DNA of 38,595 bases from Nemertoderma westbladi (Eukaryota; Animalia; Xenacoelomorpha), in NCBI GenBank assembly GCA_032718475.1, contig JAUCBJ010004414.1:1-38595 (forward strand). The letters are read 5' to 3'. A program made the translations under genes and the position numbers. Under the pieces are notes generated by a model that saw only the letters and a list, made by a program, of their open reading frames with translations, made no database searches and had not been told where the DNA came from. Within the stretch, counting starts at the first letter, position 1. Each line of letters begins with the position of its first letter. This document shows, in pieces, positions 21,482-34,348 of the stretch.

Positions 21482-22720
21482 TTACGTTGGGGAGTCCCTG
21501 GATGTTGGTTGGATTAGGGAGGTGGTCGTGGGAAGAGTATCTTGCCTTCCATAGTTTCCGGACAGTTCTCGGTCTCTCTCCAGTAAACATAAACGACCAA
21601 CTGGGCGATTGAGCTGCTGCGTCTCGAAGACAATTCCCGGTTTCTTAAAGTTACCTTGCATGACGACGAGTTCTACCGTTCACACCAAACCATCATCTGA
21701 GATATGAGTCTCGATGATACGACCTGTCTGCCACCGCTTACATGGAAGATCTGATTCCACAATAAGGACCATGTCTCTGGCGCTGACGTTTTCTTGCTGC
21801 GCAAACCACTTAGTTCGAAGTTGTAGCGTAGGCAGACAATGTTTTTCGAAGTGGTCAGCGAAACGACGGGATAATAACTGCATAAATTGCCAAGTTTGTC
21901 GGCAGTATTCGTCTCCGTCCGTGATTTCCGATCGTGGGAGCATGGCTACAGGTTTCTTCAGTAGGAAGTGCGCGGGTGTTAGCGCTTCCAGGGAATTGGG
22001 ACTTGATGAGACTGGCATAAGCGGTGTCTCGTTGAGATAGGCGGCGATTTCCTCTATTAACGTCCGCAAAAGTTCGTCGGTGAGATACGCGCGGCACGGC
22101 ACTATAAAGTGAAATGCGGTCTTCACGCTCCTGATTAATCTCTCCCAACTTCCTCCCCACCAAGGGGCGTCGGCGGCGTTGAAGGTCCAGCTAGACGCTG
22201 TTACCCTTAGCTGATCGTCCACCTGTCTTTGGTTCCAATCTTTGACGTAAGCCTTGAGTTCTTTGTTTGCACCAATGAAGTTCGTTCCCTTATCAGATCT
22301 CATCGTGTTACTAGTTCCAAAGCGAGCAATCTGTCGGCGTAAGCTCAGTATGAAGCTATTGGTAGATAGATCGTTCACCATATCGAGATGGATAGCTCTA
22401 CAAGTCATACAGACAAAGATGACACACCATCGCTTGACTATAGTCCTGGCACGATATACTTCAATAGGGCCAAATAAATCCACACCAGTATTTGTGAAGG
22501 GTGGTTCATAGAAGCTTACTCATTCCCTAGGTAATTCTGCCTCTCGCTGTGTTAAAGGCCTACTGAATACTTTCCTACAGGGTATGCAGTTCCTAAGAAC
22601 TTGGTTCAGACCTCTACGGGGTTTATGAAAATAATAGCGAGTTCGAATTTCGCTAAGAACTCGTTCTCTACCAGCATGCTAAAGCTTACTGTGAACATCT
22701 ACAATCATCTTGATTTGTAT
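21482..22720 (-). pseudogene. Integrase of BEL/Pao 1
   Basis: HHCC remnant (CIPC), GVDLFGP, RAIHLD, SDKGTNF, APWWGGSWERLIRSVK and LTPAHFL; in-frame stops near 22679 and 21680. Confidence 0.92.
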
Positions 22721-24271
22721 TTCAAGATTTCTAATGAGTATGGGAAACTTAGTGTCAAAGGATAATGTAGCATTAGTTAGTCTTCCTCCAACGTGTATTA
22801 ACCCATCTATCATTGTGCTAGAGAATCGATCCCTTAAGCGCATCTGTGGATTTCTCAACAACAGGAAATACTTATCGGAATCCTCATAGCATTGCAGGAG
22901 TCTCAGTATCTGCTTATTGGTTTCTTCATGCTCCTGGTAACTGATCTTCTCCTTCAGAAATCTGTCTGATATCTTGTATTTGGGAAGATCTTTAACAACA
23001 TGGACCTGGGCAGATGTCAGTGGAGCGGTATCACTAGCGATCTTCGTCCTGGAGTAGTGATAATGAAAGCATCGCTTCAAATATGCAATGGCCTTACAGA
23101 GCCGATTCCATGAGCTATAGTGATGTATCGCTCTCTGCAGGAGGGGTGAGAGTCCCTGCGAGACGTCTGGTGTTCCAGATTTCCAATCTCTCTCTCTGAT
23201 TTCCACAACAGACTTATTTGTGGCGGGGGATTGTGGATCCAAAGCGTCGTCTCCGGAAATGTGTAGTACAGACAGATCTATCACGGGTTTAAATAACTTC
23301 GATTTACTCGCCCGGGTTTTAGGTTTGACTTTCTCCGCTCCCTTGGCTTGTCTAATCTCAGCCGTGGTAAGATGAGGAGGCCATTCATCCTCTTCCTTGC
23401 TTAGGAAGTCGGGTCCACCTAACCAGTCTGGAGTATCTATCAGTTCTTGTGGAGTTGCTTCCCTGGAGGCAATGTCGGCTGGATTAATCGTCCCAGGGCA
23501 ATGTCTCCATTGATCTATCTTCGTGCGACTAAGTATAATGGCTACTCTGTTGGTAACGAAGACGCTGAACTGACAGACTTCATTGGTTATATACTCCAAC
23601 ACGAGTAAAGCATCGGTCCAATAGACAGTTTTCTCCAGTGGATAGTCGATCTGTTCTGTTACATTCCGGCCGATTGCTGTAGCGTATAGAGCCGCTTTTA
23701 ACTCCGCTCAAGGAACTCTCAGCTTGTTGTTTATCAAGGCCTTAGAGGTAACCAAGGCGACCTTAATTCCATCCGGAGTTTCAACCCTCAGGTAGGCTAC
23801 TATACCTATTCCCATGTCGCTGGCGTCTCCAAACACATGGAGTTGATAGGAATACGTGGGGAGAACATGACCAAAATAGGAATGGGAAATCGTAAAGTTC
23901 TCGATGGATGGTAGAGAATCTTCCCATTTCATCCACTTCTTTAGTAGTTCTCCCTTAAGTGGATCGTCCCATGAGTGGTTTTCAAGCCACATTTGTTGTA
24001 CTAAATTCCGAGCAATCAATATAACTGGGCTAATAAATCCCAATGGATCGAAATAAGTGCTCAGGATACTTAGACAAATCCGTTTAGTTCGAATTGGATT
24101 ATCTCGCTGTTTTAGCTGGAAAAACAGGATATCTCTCTCCGTGTCCCATTTCAAACCAAGCGTCTTGGTTTCTGGAAGATTGTCCTTGATAAGGTCTAGA
24201 TCTTTAACTCCTCGGTCTTCTACCGGGATCGATTCCAGAAATTCACGGGAGTTACTGGTGAATTTAGTTAA
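22721..24271 (-). pseudogene. Pao RNase H (peptidase A17) region of BEL/Pao 1
   Basis: FDPLG, LHVFGDAS, WRHCPGTINPADIASR; split across frames. Confidence 0.9.
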
Positions 24272-25906
24272 TCAAAATCCACCTCTTTTCAAGCACTCTA
24301 CCGTTCCCTTGGCGACATCAATGGCGTCTTCCACCGATGGGAGGGACTTTAAATTGTCGTCCATGTATATATCCCGTTTGATGTTGTCGATAACCGCTTT
24401 AGAGAAGGCGTCCCGGTTGTCATCAGCAGTGGTGCGCACTACTGAGCAGGCGTTTGAGGGGCTCGAGATGATCCCAAAAGCCTGGATGGTCATCCAGTAC
24501 TCCACCGGTATCTGGTTGAGGTCTCCTTCAGGCCACCACAGAAATCGTAGGCTGTCTCGATCCCTATCCAGCGCCTTAACTTGTAAGAACATGCCTTCTA
24601 TATCCGAGGCGAAAGCGATCGAATATTGTCGTAATCTTAAGAGTATTCCCAACAAGGATTGGAGTAAGTTGGGTCCTGGCAACAACTCGGAGTTAAGGGA
24701 TTGGCCCATGTAGAGGGCGGAGCCGTCAAATACTACCCGGACTTCGTTGGGTTTACCGGGTTTGGGAACGTAATGATGTGTTAAATAGTACGTTCTCTCA
24801 GTTATGGGTGTTTCTTCCGGTACTCGCTCCGCATATCCCTTGTCGATGAATTTCTTCAGCTGGGTCTTGTACATCTCCTTAGCTGAAGCATTTGCCGTAA
24901 GGCGTCGATGTAGTTGCGCGATTCTCTTCTCCGCCAAGGGTCGGTTATTTATAAAATTGGGTTCTCGCCGTCGGAAAGGCAGACCCATCTCATACCTACC
25001 TTGATCTTTAAGAAAACGTGTAGTCGTTTCCTGTATCTGCTTGGCTCTTTCCTCTTCTACCGATAGGGCCTTATCGTAGGAGTTAGGCTCTACAGCTTCT
25101 TGAGTAAAGAATCGTACGGCGTGTTCATCGTGAGTCTTGGCGTTGTAACGATCTATCACTTCATTCAGTTCGTCGTTGTAATCGACTTGTCCACCTGGAT
25201 GGATGAGGTGACACAGGTTCACTTGGTTTTGCCAAGTTTCATTTTCCGTAAGGAGGTCGATGGTATTCTCCTCGTCGAATAGTTGATGAATATCGTCATT
25301 ATCTGAGGAGTATGGTGTTCCCTCAGGTGTGTCGTCTCCCTCACTGATTTCCTCTTCCCATTCACTCACCTGGTGGACTTGATCTTTAGGTAGCCTTTCC
25401 ATGAGTGTCCTACGGGAAGGTCCAGTAAAGTACCAACCTACTCTAGTTCTTCCCGCATAGGTTTGCAGTGGTTGCGGTTGAGCAGGCCGTTTCTCTAATG
25501 TCTCAAGCGCCTCATGCGCATTTTGGCCGATGAGTATTTGTACCCCTGGGTAGTCGATGTTGAATCTAGGTATCTCATGCTGCTGGGTGAAATCGTCTTC
25601 ATCCCAGTTATAAGGTTCCACTTGGCTGGTAGCGAAGTTCTTTATCGCCACCATTTTTACTGACCTTATACTGTGTTCTCCTAGTTCATCCTGGGGGGTG
25701 GACAACGCGCCTACATAGTAGTCTGTAGCTACTGTAGATTTCCAAACCTGCATAATTCCTGAAAGGTTCAACTTAGTTCGGAACTTGGGTTGTCCAGCAA
25801 AGATGTATTCGGCTAGTTCTTTGTCGATGAATGTTCCTGTGCTGCCGGAGTCAAGTAGTGCGTTCACTATATAGCTCTTTTCTAACCCGTGGACTCTCAA
25901 CTGCAC
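24272..25906 (-). pseudogene. Aspartic protease plus reverse transcriptase of BEL/Pao 1
   Basis: LLDSGS, RVVFDGSA, SLNSELLPGPNL, SDIEGMFLQV, LRFLW, YMDD. Confidence 0.92.
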
Positions 25907-25926
25907 TACGGGAAATTCTCGGATTC

Positions 25927-28132
25927 CTACGTTGGAAGTTGGCGCTTTCCAAGATGGTTGTCGTCAGGAATAGTTAGGGGGAGCTCAATATCGGTTTCAG
26001 TCTCATACGTAAGTGCTCGATACACTGCGGTGTTTATCATATAGCAGGATTCGTTTTCGTCGGAGAATTCGTCCGTGTAAAATCCTTCCATCTCAGAACT
26101 GTGGTCAGTGTCGTTCACATCACTGAATTGGACATGTAGTTCGGACTCACTTACCTGACTCGGGCTGTTTCTTTCGAATTCGGTGTGCAACAAGATATGA
26201 TGTTTCGTGCCGCACGTAGCACACCTTGCATCAGAGTAACAGGTTCGCCGTTGGTGTCCTTGTCTGAGACAATTATAACACAACCGCTTATCCCACATGA
26301 CTTTGCGTCTATCTTTTAGGGATTTCTTTAAGAATTCATCACACACACTTAAACGATGGGGCCCGTCGCACAACGCACATTTTGGTTTGATGTTACTTAC
26401 TTTACCTTGGGTAGTGTTGTGCACACTCGTTCTTTCTTCCATGAACTCTCTTAGGAGACGTAGGAGGAGTTTTTGTTACCTGTTCTCTCCTGTCACTGGT
26501 TCGAGACTTAAATTTACTTACGTCTTTAGGTGCTTTGTTGACATAGTAAGATCTTTCGGTGTCTTTCCCGCTGTTCTCCTCTTGAGAGGTTTGGCTTTCG
26601 CCATCATCTGTATAACACACTGGGGTGACCTTTCTCCTAGAAACAGGTTTTTCAATTACCTTATTTTCCGGTGTTTTCTCTCGGGACTGCTTTAAGAGCT
26701 GTAATCTTACCTCTCCATTTAAGAATGACATGAGATCAGCCATGGTAGGGTCTCTTTGTTGCTGGTCCATCATATAGAGCTCTTTCTTGTCCCAGCGAGT
26801 ACCTACTCCACCCTTTGGCAAAGTAGATGCTACGGCTCCAATAACCATGGAACTCTGATATTCATGAGACTTACCTAACCAATCTAATTGTCTACAGATC
26901 TCCTGAATCTCATCGGAAAACTCTATAATCCCGCTGCTAAGGAACTTTCGGGGCGCTACCAATTTTGCATACAAATACCTAGCTATGTTTGTCCTATTAC
27001 CATACCTGATGTTTAGTGTATCCCAAACTTGTCTTAATCCATCTGGATGTCCAATAAACTTTAACGCCATTAACTTGGGAGGTCCTTCCAAACACTCGAT
27101 GAGGAATCTAAGTTTCTCTCCATTAGATAGTACAGAGTTCTGTATGTTATCTTTGTAATATTCATTAAAAGGTAACCATTTCATCTCATCTCCATTGAAC
27201 TTGACGATCTCTCCCACTTTTACCGCTTGACGGGCTTCGGTTCTAGCCATTTGACGCGTAAAACTTTCTTGGGCCATCGTGTTATTTAATATCGAGTTAT
27301 CGGTATATAAATTTCTCGGATTAGGATCAGGTCTATATGGAATATCATTGTCAACAGGTTTATAATTACCTTTAATAGGGTTTACTATAGGAGTTTCTAC
27401 TTCACTAGCAGTATAGATGCGTGTAGGCTCCACACCTTGCGCTTGAAATACTTCAGACCTAACAGGTTGACACATTGTTACATGGGGTGGTGGTATACCC
27501 CTTTGTATATTTACTAATTTATCGCGTTCTAACGCGATACTCTGCTGCACTTCTCGCAACTCTAACCTACCTTCCCTTACTGTTCCCTTGAACTGTTGAA
27601 CAGTCTCCTGCATCTGCCCGAGCAGCAGATCCATCCCCCGCCGTCCCTCATCCACCCACTCGACCGCCGAAGCGGGAGCCGCCAACATAGTAGCGGGTAG
27701 GCGAGGGACGACGGGCAATAAATCGTTGATGTCTCGCTCGGCGTCCAGGACAGGAATTGTCTCAGGGGCTGTTCTACTGGGCACAGGTAGTTTAGTGCTG
27801 TGCAAAGGGAACTTAGAGTTGGGTTCTGGAAGTACAGGGGTCTCTATCACAGAGGTTGTGGCTTCGAGAACAGGCCTAATTATTTCAGGCTCATCTACTA
27901 TAGTAGGGAGTCTTTTCACTCTAATAATTTGGTCTGTGGGTTCTGTACTACCTAAGTCTGTGCTAGCTAGTTGCCTTCTCACAGCTAGGGGCAAATTAGG
28001 CAATTTCTGATGGTGGGGCGTTCTTCTACGCCTGCTGGGATGAGATCTATTTCCTCCGCCTTCAGGATCTGTTGTATCGCCTTCATCAGATGATGTAAAT
28101 CCCTGTCTCTTGGGAGTAGATCGACTTATCAT
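25927..28132 (-). pseudogene. Gag of BEL/Pao 1 (capsid-like domain and zinc knuckles), frameshifted near 26440
   Basis: KFNGDEMKW...EKLRFLIECLEGPP...LNIRYG (DUF1759-like), then CALCDGPHRLSVC, CYNCLRQGHQRRTC and CATCGTKHHILLH. Confidence 0.88.
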
Positions 28133-29601
28133 CTGCCACTGACTAGCTGTCTCTGTTTATCTATGTAGTCTTGCTTCTCTTGAAGAATTTCCAACTCTAG
28201 TTGGGTTGTCTCTTCAGACGCCCTCCGTTCTGCTTCTGCCACTGCCTCTGCCGCTTTTCTTTCCGCTTCTGCCGCTGCTACCTTTCTTTCAGCCTCTGCC
28301 TCTGCCGCTGCCGCTGCCGCTTTTCTTTCAACCTCCGCCGCTGCCGCTTTTCTTTCAGCCTCTGCCTCTGCCGCTGCCGCTGCCGCTTTTCTTTCAACTT
28401 CGGCCGCTGCCGCTGCTGCTGTCTTTCTGTCTTCTATTCGTTTTTTCTTTAACTGTTCTTCTTGGACTCTAGCGATGCGGATGCTTTCATCAAATTTAGC
28501 TTGGTTCGCGGCTAACATTTCTGCATCTAATGAGTCCAACACAAACTTGGCTCCTTCACTAGTAGGGCAAAGTCCAGCTAGCCGTCTCCTCAACTCTTTG
28601 TCACCTATAAATCGTTGATAGTCCGACAGATATATGTCAATAGCGTCCTTCTTATCAGGTTTCTCCAATGTCGCTTCGCTTTCCACTTGAGAAAAGGTAG
28701 CGTCTGTTGATTCTCCGTGGGTTGAGCGCTCAGTTAGCTGAATTTTCCATTGGGATGTTCCTTGGACTTTAAGACTCACCCGTTGGAACCAATTCTTTAC
28801 GGCAACTTGCAACGACGTGTCTTGACTTCTCTTCGAGGCTTCCTCAAAGGCCGAAAGGATTAGTCTAATTCTTAGGATTCGTTCTCGAACTTGATATAGC
28901 AGCTCTCCCTGCTCTTGAGGTCCTTGGGGTTGTTGAAACAGTTGTTCCCCTAATCGCTCCAAAGAGCTGAAGAATCCCTGTACATATCCGGCTGCCGACC
29001 TCTTCCACACAGCTGGATCTCTAGTGTCCTTTACCATTCCCATCCTGTATAAGTCTTCCCAGGCAGGTTCCGATAAGTTAAACGGGAGTTTGGGTCCGGG
29101 GAAGTTCCATTGCGTCTCGACAATAGACTTTAGTTCCTCCATTGTGTATCCCGCATAACTGTCCTTGGTCGATCGGTTACTTCTCGCCCAATCGATTTGG
29201 TGTTCCTCCACCGCAATCAATACCCTAGTGAGTACGGCTTCAGGAAGAATGAGAAGTGGATCCGAATAAACTGCATCTGCCATCTTTGCTCCGCGCTTGG
29301 GTGGCAACTCTACAGTATCTGAACTACTGGAGCTATCGGGCTTCTGAGAAATAAGTTCTCGGTTAGAGTGTTGCTGCTGTTTAACAGCTGCCTCTTGGTC
29401 CCGCTTGACTTGAGCCCGAGTGCCTATGATAGACCTACGGTACTTTACTAGCTTAGGGTCGGATACTACTACTGGAGGGATGACCTTTCTTACAGTAGGA
29501 GGGGACTTGAACTTCGGTCTCAAACGTTCCGCACTCCTATCTGGATCGCAGACTGTTGTTTCTAGGAGACTATCTGACAGATTTTGCTTAGTGTCAGCCA
29601 T
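28129..29601 (-). CDS. 490-aa ORF upstream of gag; unknown product with an Ala/Glu/Arg/Lys-rich helical repeat
   Basis: Long open frame starting at an ATG just after an AT-rich leader; its TGA overlaps the next ATG (ATGA). No domain recognised. Confidence 0.6.
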   Translation of the reverse strand: MADTKQNLSDSLLETTVCDPDRSAERLRPKFKSPPTVRKVIPPVVVSDPKLVKYRRSIIGTRAQVKRDQEAAVKQQQHSNRELISQKPDSSSSSDTVELPPKRGAKMADAVYSDPLLILPEAVLTRVLIAVEEHQIDWARSNRSTKDSYAGYTMEELKSIVETQWNFPGPKLPFNLSEPAWEDLYRMGMVKDTRDPAVWKRSAAGYVQGFFSSLERLGEQLFQQPQGPQEQGELLYQVRERILRIRLILSAFEEASKRSQDTSLQVAVKNWFQRVSLKVQGTSQWKIQLTERSTHGESTDATFSQVESEATLEKPDKKDAIDIYLSDYQRFIGDKELRRRLAGLCPTSEGAKFVLDSLDAEMLAANQAKFDESIRIARVQEEQLKKKRIEDRKTAAAAAAEVERKAAAAAAEAEAERKAAAAEVERKAAAAAAEAEAERKVAAAEAERKAAEAVAEAERRASEETTQLELEILQEKQDYIDKQRQLVSGR

Positions 29602-29734
29602 GTTTGTTTGTATAGTTGAATGTCTACTACTATAACTACAGTTAAAGCAAGTCTAGTAATTCAGTATCAACTATAAGCCTAGTAATTAATTACCGATACC
29701 TTTACTCAGTGTAACGTGTTATATACAATATATT

Positions 29735-29990
29735 AGAATACCGGTATACACTTATAGTATATAATATAAGTATTATCACAGACTAGAATTAGTCACAGAA
29801 TACCGGTATATAATTTAAGCATAAATATTAAAATATATAATAAGCCTATCGTGAATACCGGTATACAGCATACACCTATAGTATATATAAGTATAATTAT
29901 AGACTAGGATTAATTACAGAATACCGGTATATAATTTCAGCTTAAATTTATAGAAATAAATATAATAAGCCTATCGTAAATACTGGTTTG
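29735..29990. repeat. Two diverged tandem copies of an approximately 120-bp unit
   Basis: gaataccggtata at about 29736, 29798, 29853 and 29919; aatatataataagcctatcgt-like sequence occurs twice. Confidence 0.75.
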
Positions 29991-31981
29991 TCAGTTATTT
30001 TATAACAACTGAATTTCTGAATTTTAGGGTTACTTTACGTTACTTTATTACCGTTATTAAGCAGTAGTCCAACTGATATTAAGACCTAATTGATGGATGA
30101 CAGGCCTACTATTTTATAAATCGGTTTGAGTTGATTTATAATATATATATACCCTTATAATGGGTTTTGACAATATTTGAAATAAATGTTATTATTTCTG
30201 GTAAGGAGTCACTACACCGAAGCTGAACGCTCTCAGTGGAGTGCTACTTGTTGGACACTAAAACAAATAATTCTACTTGACTAAGTTACTTATTACTACA
30301 AATTACATACAATTACTGTGTGAGATTACAATCTCTAAATAAACACAAAAGTTACACGTACAAATTTTAGGGGTAATTTTACAAGAAATCTACAAACCAG
30401 CCTAACAAGGAGTGAGAATTTCTGGTTCTTACAAACGGACAGGATACTACGGTATTTGAAAATAATAAAGCAGTAGTAAATATATTGCGTTGTCTAGATA
30501 AGAAAATACCACCGTCTGACGACTTATAGTCTCTAGCTTTACAGCTCTATAAGTACTACGTTATGTACCCGGAGTGTCCCTACCTAGAAGTTAATTACCG
30601 CAGCCAACCAGAGCTAACGTGCCTATTAACCACTTTACAACACAAATATACTGCCTACACACTAATTACCTTCGGAAAGCACTGTACACTAAACCCTAAA
30701 TTAGGTACAAGTACTTATACAACAAATAACCAGCAGTTAAAAATACTTGTACAGCTAAAAGAACCACGGTATCTGCTGGAGTGACTAGAGCATAAAATCA
30801 CCAGTCTTTACATACGCCAAACAGCCCTGATGTAGTACCGGGGTTAATTTAACTATAACGGTATGTATAACAAGCACAATTACTGTAGGAATAAACTTGG
30901 GGTTGTGTATGTTGCGAATAATCGCATAAACTCTGAATAATAAATATTACGCTACCCGTACAGACTACACAAACAAAATACAAACCAAATGCTGACAGAC
31001 TACTATCAAGCTTAAATAAACTACAGTATATGCAGACTCCGAAATGGTTAGTTAGTATGCGTTCTAACCGAGTAGTACGACTTATTCTTTCGGAGGGGAT
31101 TTACCTTACAACACTGGATGCCCCCACCTTCCTAACTAGTACTTTATCGGACATACGCTCTACACACACTGCAATCTCTTCAGACTTAACAACAGCTAGA
31201 CAACAATCCAGCCTACAAATTATTTATACAATCTGAGCAGGCTTACACGCCTTCTGTTCAATATTAACTTACAGATAAATAAAACTGACAGAAATAAGTA
31301 AAATCCCAATAAAAAACTAGGGCTGCAGTCCCTGATTAATTATAAAGACCTACCGGTATATAATTATCAAAATCGAATAATACTGATGTACCTGTAAGTA
31401 CCGGTTCGGGTGGTTAGGTAGTTAGGCCTACAGGTTACTGGTCGACCGGTACATTCGACTTTATTGCCTACGTTGCAATAAAGAAACTAGAATAACTGTT
31501 ATTGTTCGCGCTTTTAGACCTTTAGCAGTTTAACCTGCCAATTTTAGGTGTCTTCTAGTTTATAAATCGACTTTAGCCTATAACAAGTATTTGGTGTTCA
31601 TAAAGTTACATTAGCCGAAGCCAGCCTATGCGCGACCATTCACCCACGGTTAAGGGAGACTGGCTTCGGATGCTCTGACCTTATTGCGGTGTAGACTTAC
31701 TGTATTATTCGATTGCTCGTTACTATAATATCTCTGACAAATATTATTCACTTTCGGGAAATATTAACAGTTCCTTTAGGACGTGGCGCTCTAAGTATGT
31801 AAACAGAGTTATGACTTACACTAAACACAACTGGATGGCTAATGATTTTCGTATAAAGCGCATTCTTTAGGAAATGCTTTGTTATCTGTCACACTCCTGC
31901 ACACTACCGCACACTGCTGCACCCTGATCTGCCGACCTTCACTAAATTTGATCATATATAAGGAGAATAGCAACTGACACA

Positions 31982-32505
31982 TGTAGGGATTATGAAATAG
32001 CATTCAATTCACTCCAAAACCACTATAATGTAAGTCGCAGTTGCTACAGGTAACTGGTCCCTCTTACCTTCAGTATATCAAGAAGATTGGGGTTTTATGA
32101 TTATTTATTGATATTCTCCAAATATAACAACATATCCATCAACTTATAACAATTAATAACCGACAGTAAACAGAAGTAAAATAATGCGGTAGGACAGGTA
32201 TGTATGGTCTGACAAAGAAAAGAAAGTATGTTTGTATGTACTGGTCTGATAACAGTTATACGTTCCTATAATCAAAGCCGTCTAATGTTTGGCTAAAGTC
32301 TGAAACTCAGATAATTCCAAAGCCGATGTTCTGGGGCTCAGGAAAAGGTAAACAAAGACCGTCATACATTGCGCGATTTCCCGTAGGCTTCTGTACAAGA
32401 TAAAATGAAAATCGCCCTGATTGGTCGAGCGAGCCAAACAAAGAAAGTTAAGAAAGCTCCACATTGACATTAAATCAGCTGATAGATTTCGTCATCGGAA
32501 CTACA
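31982..32505. repeat. Candidate LTR-like segment
   Basis: Begins TGTAG and ends CTACA, with AATAAA on the - strand; no target duplication and no second copy in the window. Confidence 0.25.
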
Positions 32506-32944
32506 CTGTATTAAGAGTATTTGGCGTATTGCGGCATAAAATGGCTTGTTATGTCCGCTAAAGTACACATACAGAAAAAATGGCCTTTTATGTCCGCTAA
32601 AACACCTACACAGTACTTTGCGGGGAAAATGATTAGTTATATCTGCAAAAGCCTTTACATACCAGTCTGCCAGTAATACTTTGTATAGGCCTACCTAACA
32701 ATTAGGCTTAAACATACAGTTGGCTTATAATTAAGTCATACTTATCTGCTTATAATACATTGTTACTTTCTGACTTTACCTGTCAGCCTGTTTACTAAGG
32801 TAACATAGTAAACAATACAACGTAACAATACAACAATAGAGTACTGTAGTTAAAATAAATAGACAAATTCAGCTCCGGTTGCCGGTATTACAGTATTATG
32901 GTGAAGTGATTTGACTGTTTGAAGAATTGTAAATGAGAATCGAA

Positions 32945-33165
32945 TGCGAGCGAAGCGAGCGAAATTTTTTTGTGTATTTTCGTGATTTCAATTAATTTGT
33001 GGTGCGCATCAGAGGCAGAGCTGCGCGCGGAGGCGCAACGCGCACCTGTCTCACCCGAACGCGCACCTGTCTCACCCAAACGCGCAACGCGCATCTGGTA
33101 TGCGGTCATTCGCGCAGGTACGCGTCCGAGTTTTGCAGCATGAATTCCAACCTGGCCTATATTCA
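32945..33165. repeat. CpG-rich DNA-transposon-like fragment
   Basis: gcgagcgaagcgagc motif and a tandem aacgcgcacctgtctcaccc (two copies) in an AT-rich background. Confidence 0.35.
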
Positions 33166-33250
33166 TATATGGGCCGGTTGTTAACAGAGCTATTAACATC
33201 CATTTTCTACTCCATATCGTTTATATAATAACTAAAATAAAATATATAAT

Positions 33251-34348
33251 ATGGAGGAGACAAAAAGATTAAGAAAATATAAACAGCAAAGAAATGCTGT
33301 CCGGACAAATATAAAGAAAGAGTTTACTGAAGCAGGTATTTTGTTAGATGCTGGCTCTCAGGTAAATATAGAAGATTTAAGAATTATATACGGTAAAATA
33401 AATAGATACTACACAAATTTAAAGGAGTATGATGAAAAAATATCTGACCTTATTGAAGAAGTAGACGAGGATGAGGAAGTTTCGATTGTATCTACATTTG
33501 ATAGCAATGTAAATGATTATTTAACTAAGCTTGATACTAGAGTAATGATGCTCACTGAAAATATGAATACAACACTGGAACCTTCATATGTAGGCCGAAA
33601 TCCCCCTGGTACATCTTTTAACACTTTCGTATCAGGTACCAGTGATATTAATTCTCATGTCAAACTCCCCAAACTAGAGTTTGAAGGTTATGATGGTGGT
33701 TTTTTAAAATGGAGAGAATTTTGGGATTCTTTTGATGCTGCGATTAATAGAAACACTAAATTGCAACCTGTAGAAAAACTGCAATATTTAAAGTCCAAAT
33801 TACAGGGTGATGCAAAACAAGCTATTTTAGGCATTGAACTAACTAACGAAAATTATGATGTCGCAGTAAAAATTTTAGAAGAAAGATTTGGTAACAAACA
33901 GTTTACTATTGATGCCCATTACTCTGAGTTAATGTCAGTTCCACCATCCTCGAACAATACAGCAATGCTTAGAACAACATATGATATTTTAGAAAGACAT
34001 TTTAGAAGTTTGATTGCTCTAGGGGAAGAAATAAACCAGGCTGTCTTTATTTCATTAATTAATTCAAAATTCCCCACTCAGATAAAGGTTCAGTTGGAAC
34101 TCCAAAAAGACCCTGAAGAGGATTGGACTGTTGATTCCTTGAGAAAACATATAAAGAAATTTATAACTGCCCGAGAGGCTGGAGAAAGATGTAGTGGACA
34201 ATCTGAAAATAAAGAAAGGGATAAAAAACAGATTTCTATAGATCCGAAGTCTACTAGTCCACACGCCTACAAGTCAACATATCCACAACAGAAGCCTATC
34301 TACAAATCAACAACAGAAGCACTAACAGTAAGTTCTAACCATGCATGA
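33251..34348 (+). pseudogene. Gag (DUF1759-like) of BEL/Pao 2
   Basis: 365-aa ORF with the Pao capsid motif; the frame shifts just before the zinc knuckles. Confidence 0.9.

Larger units (their letters stand above)
20981..29601 (-). mobile_element. BEL/Pao LTR retrotransposon 1, decayed
   Basis: Domain order gag, three zinc knuckles, protease, RT, RNase H, integrase, with BEL/Pao-type motifs; several frameshifts and stops. Confidence 0.93.

Noticed and set aside
31982-32505. Solo LTR
   Set aside because: Flanks (acaca and ctgta) are not a target-site duplication; kept only as a low-confidence LTR-like segment.
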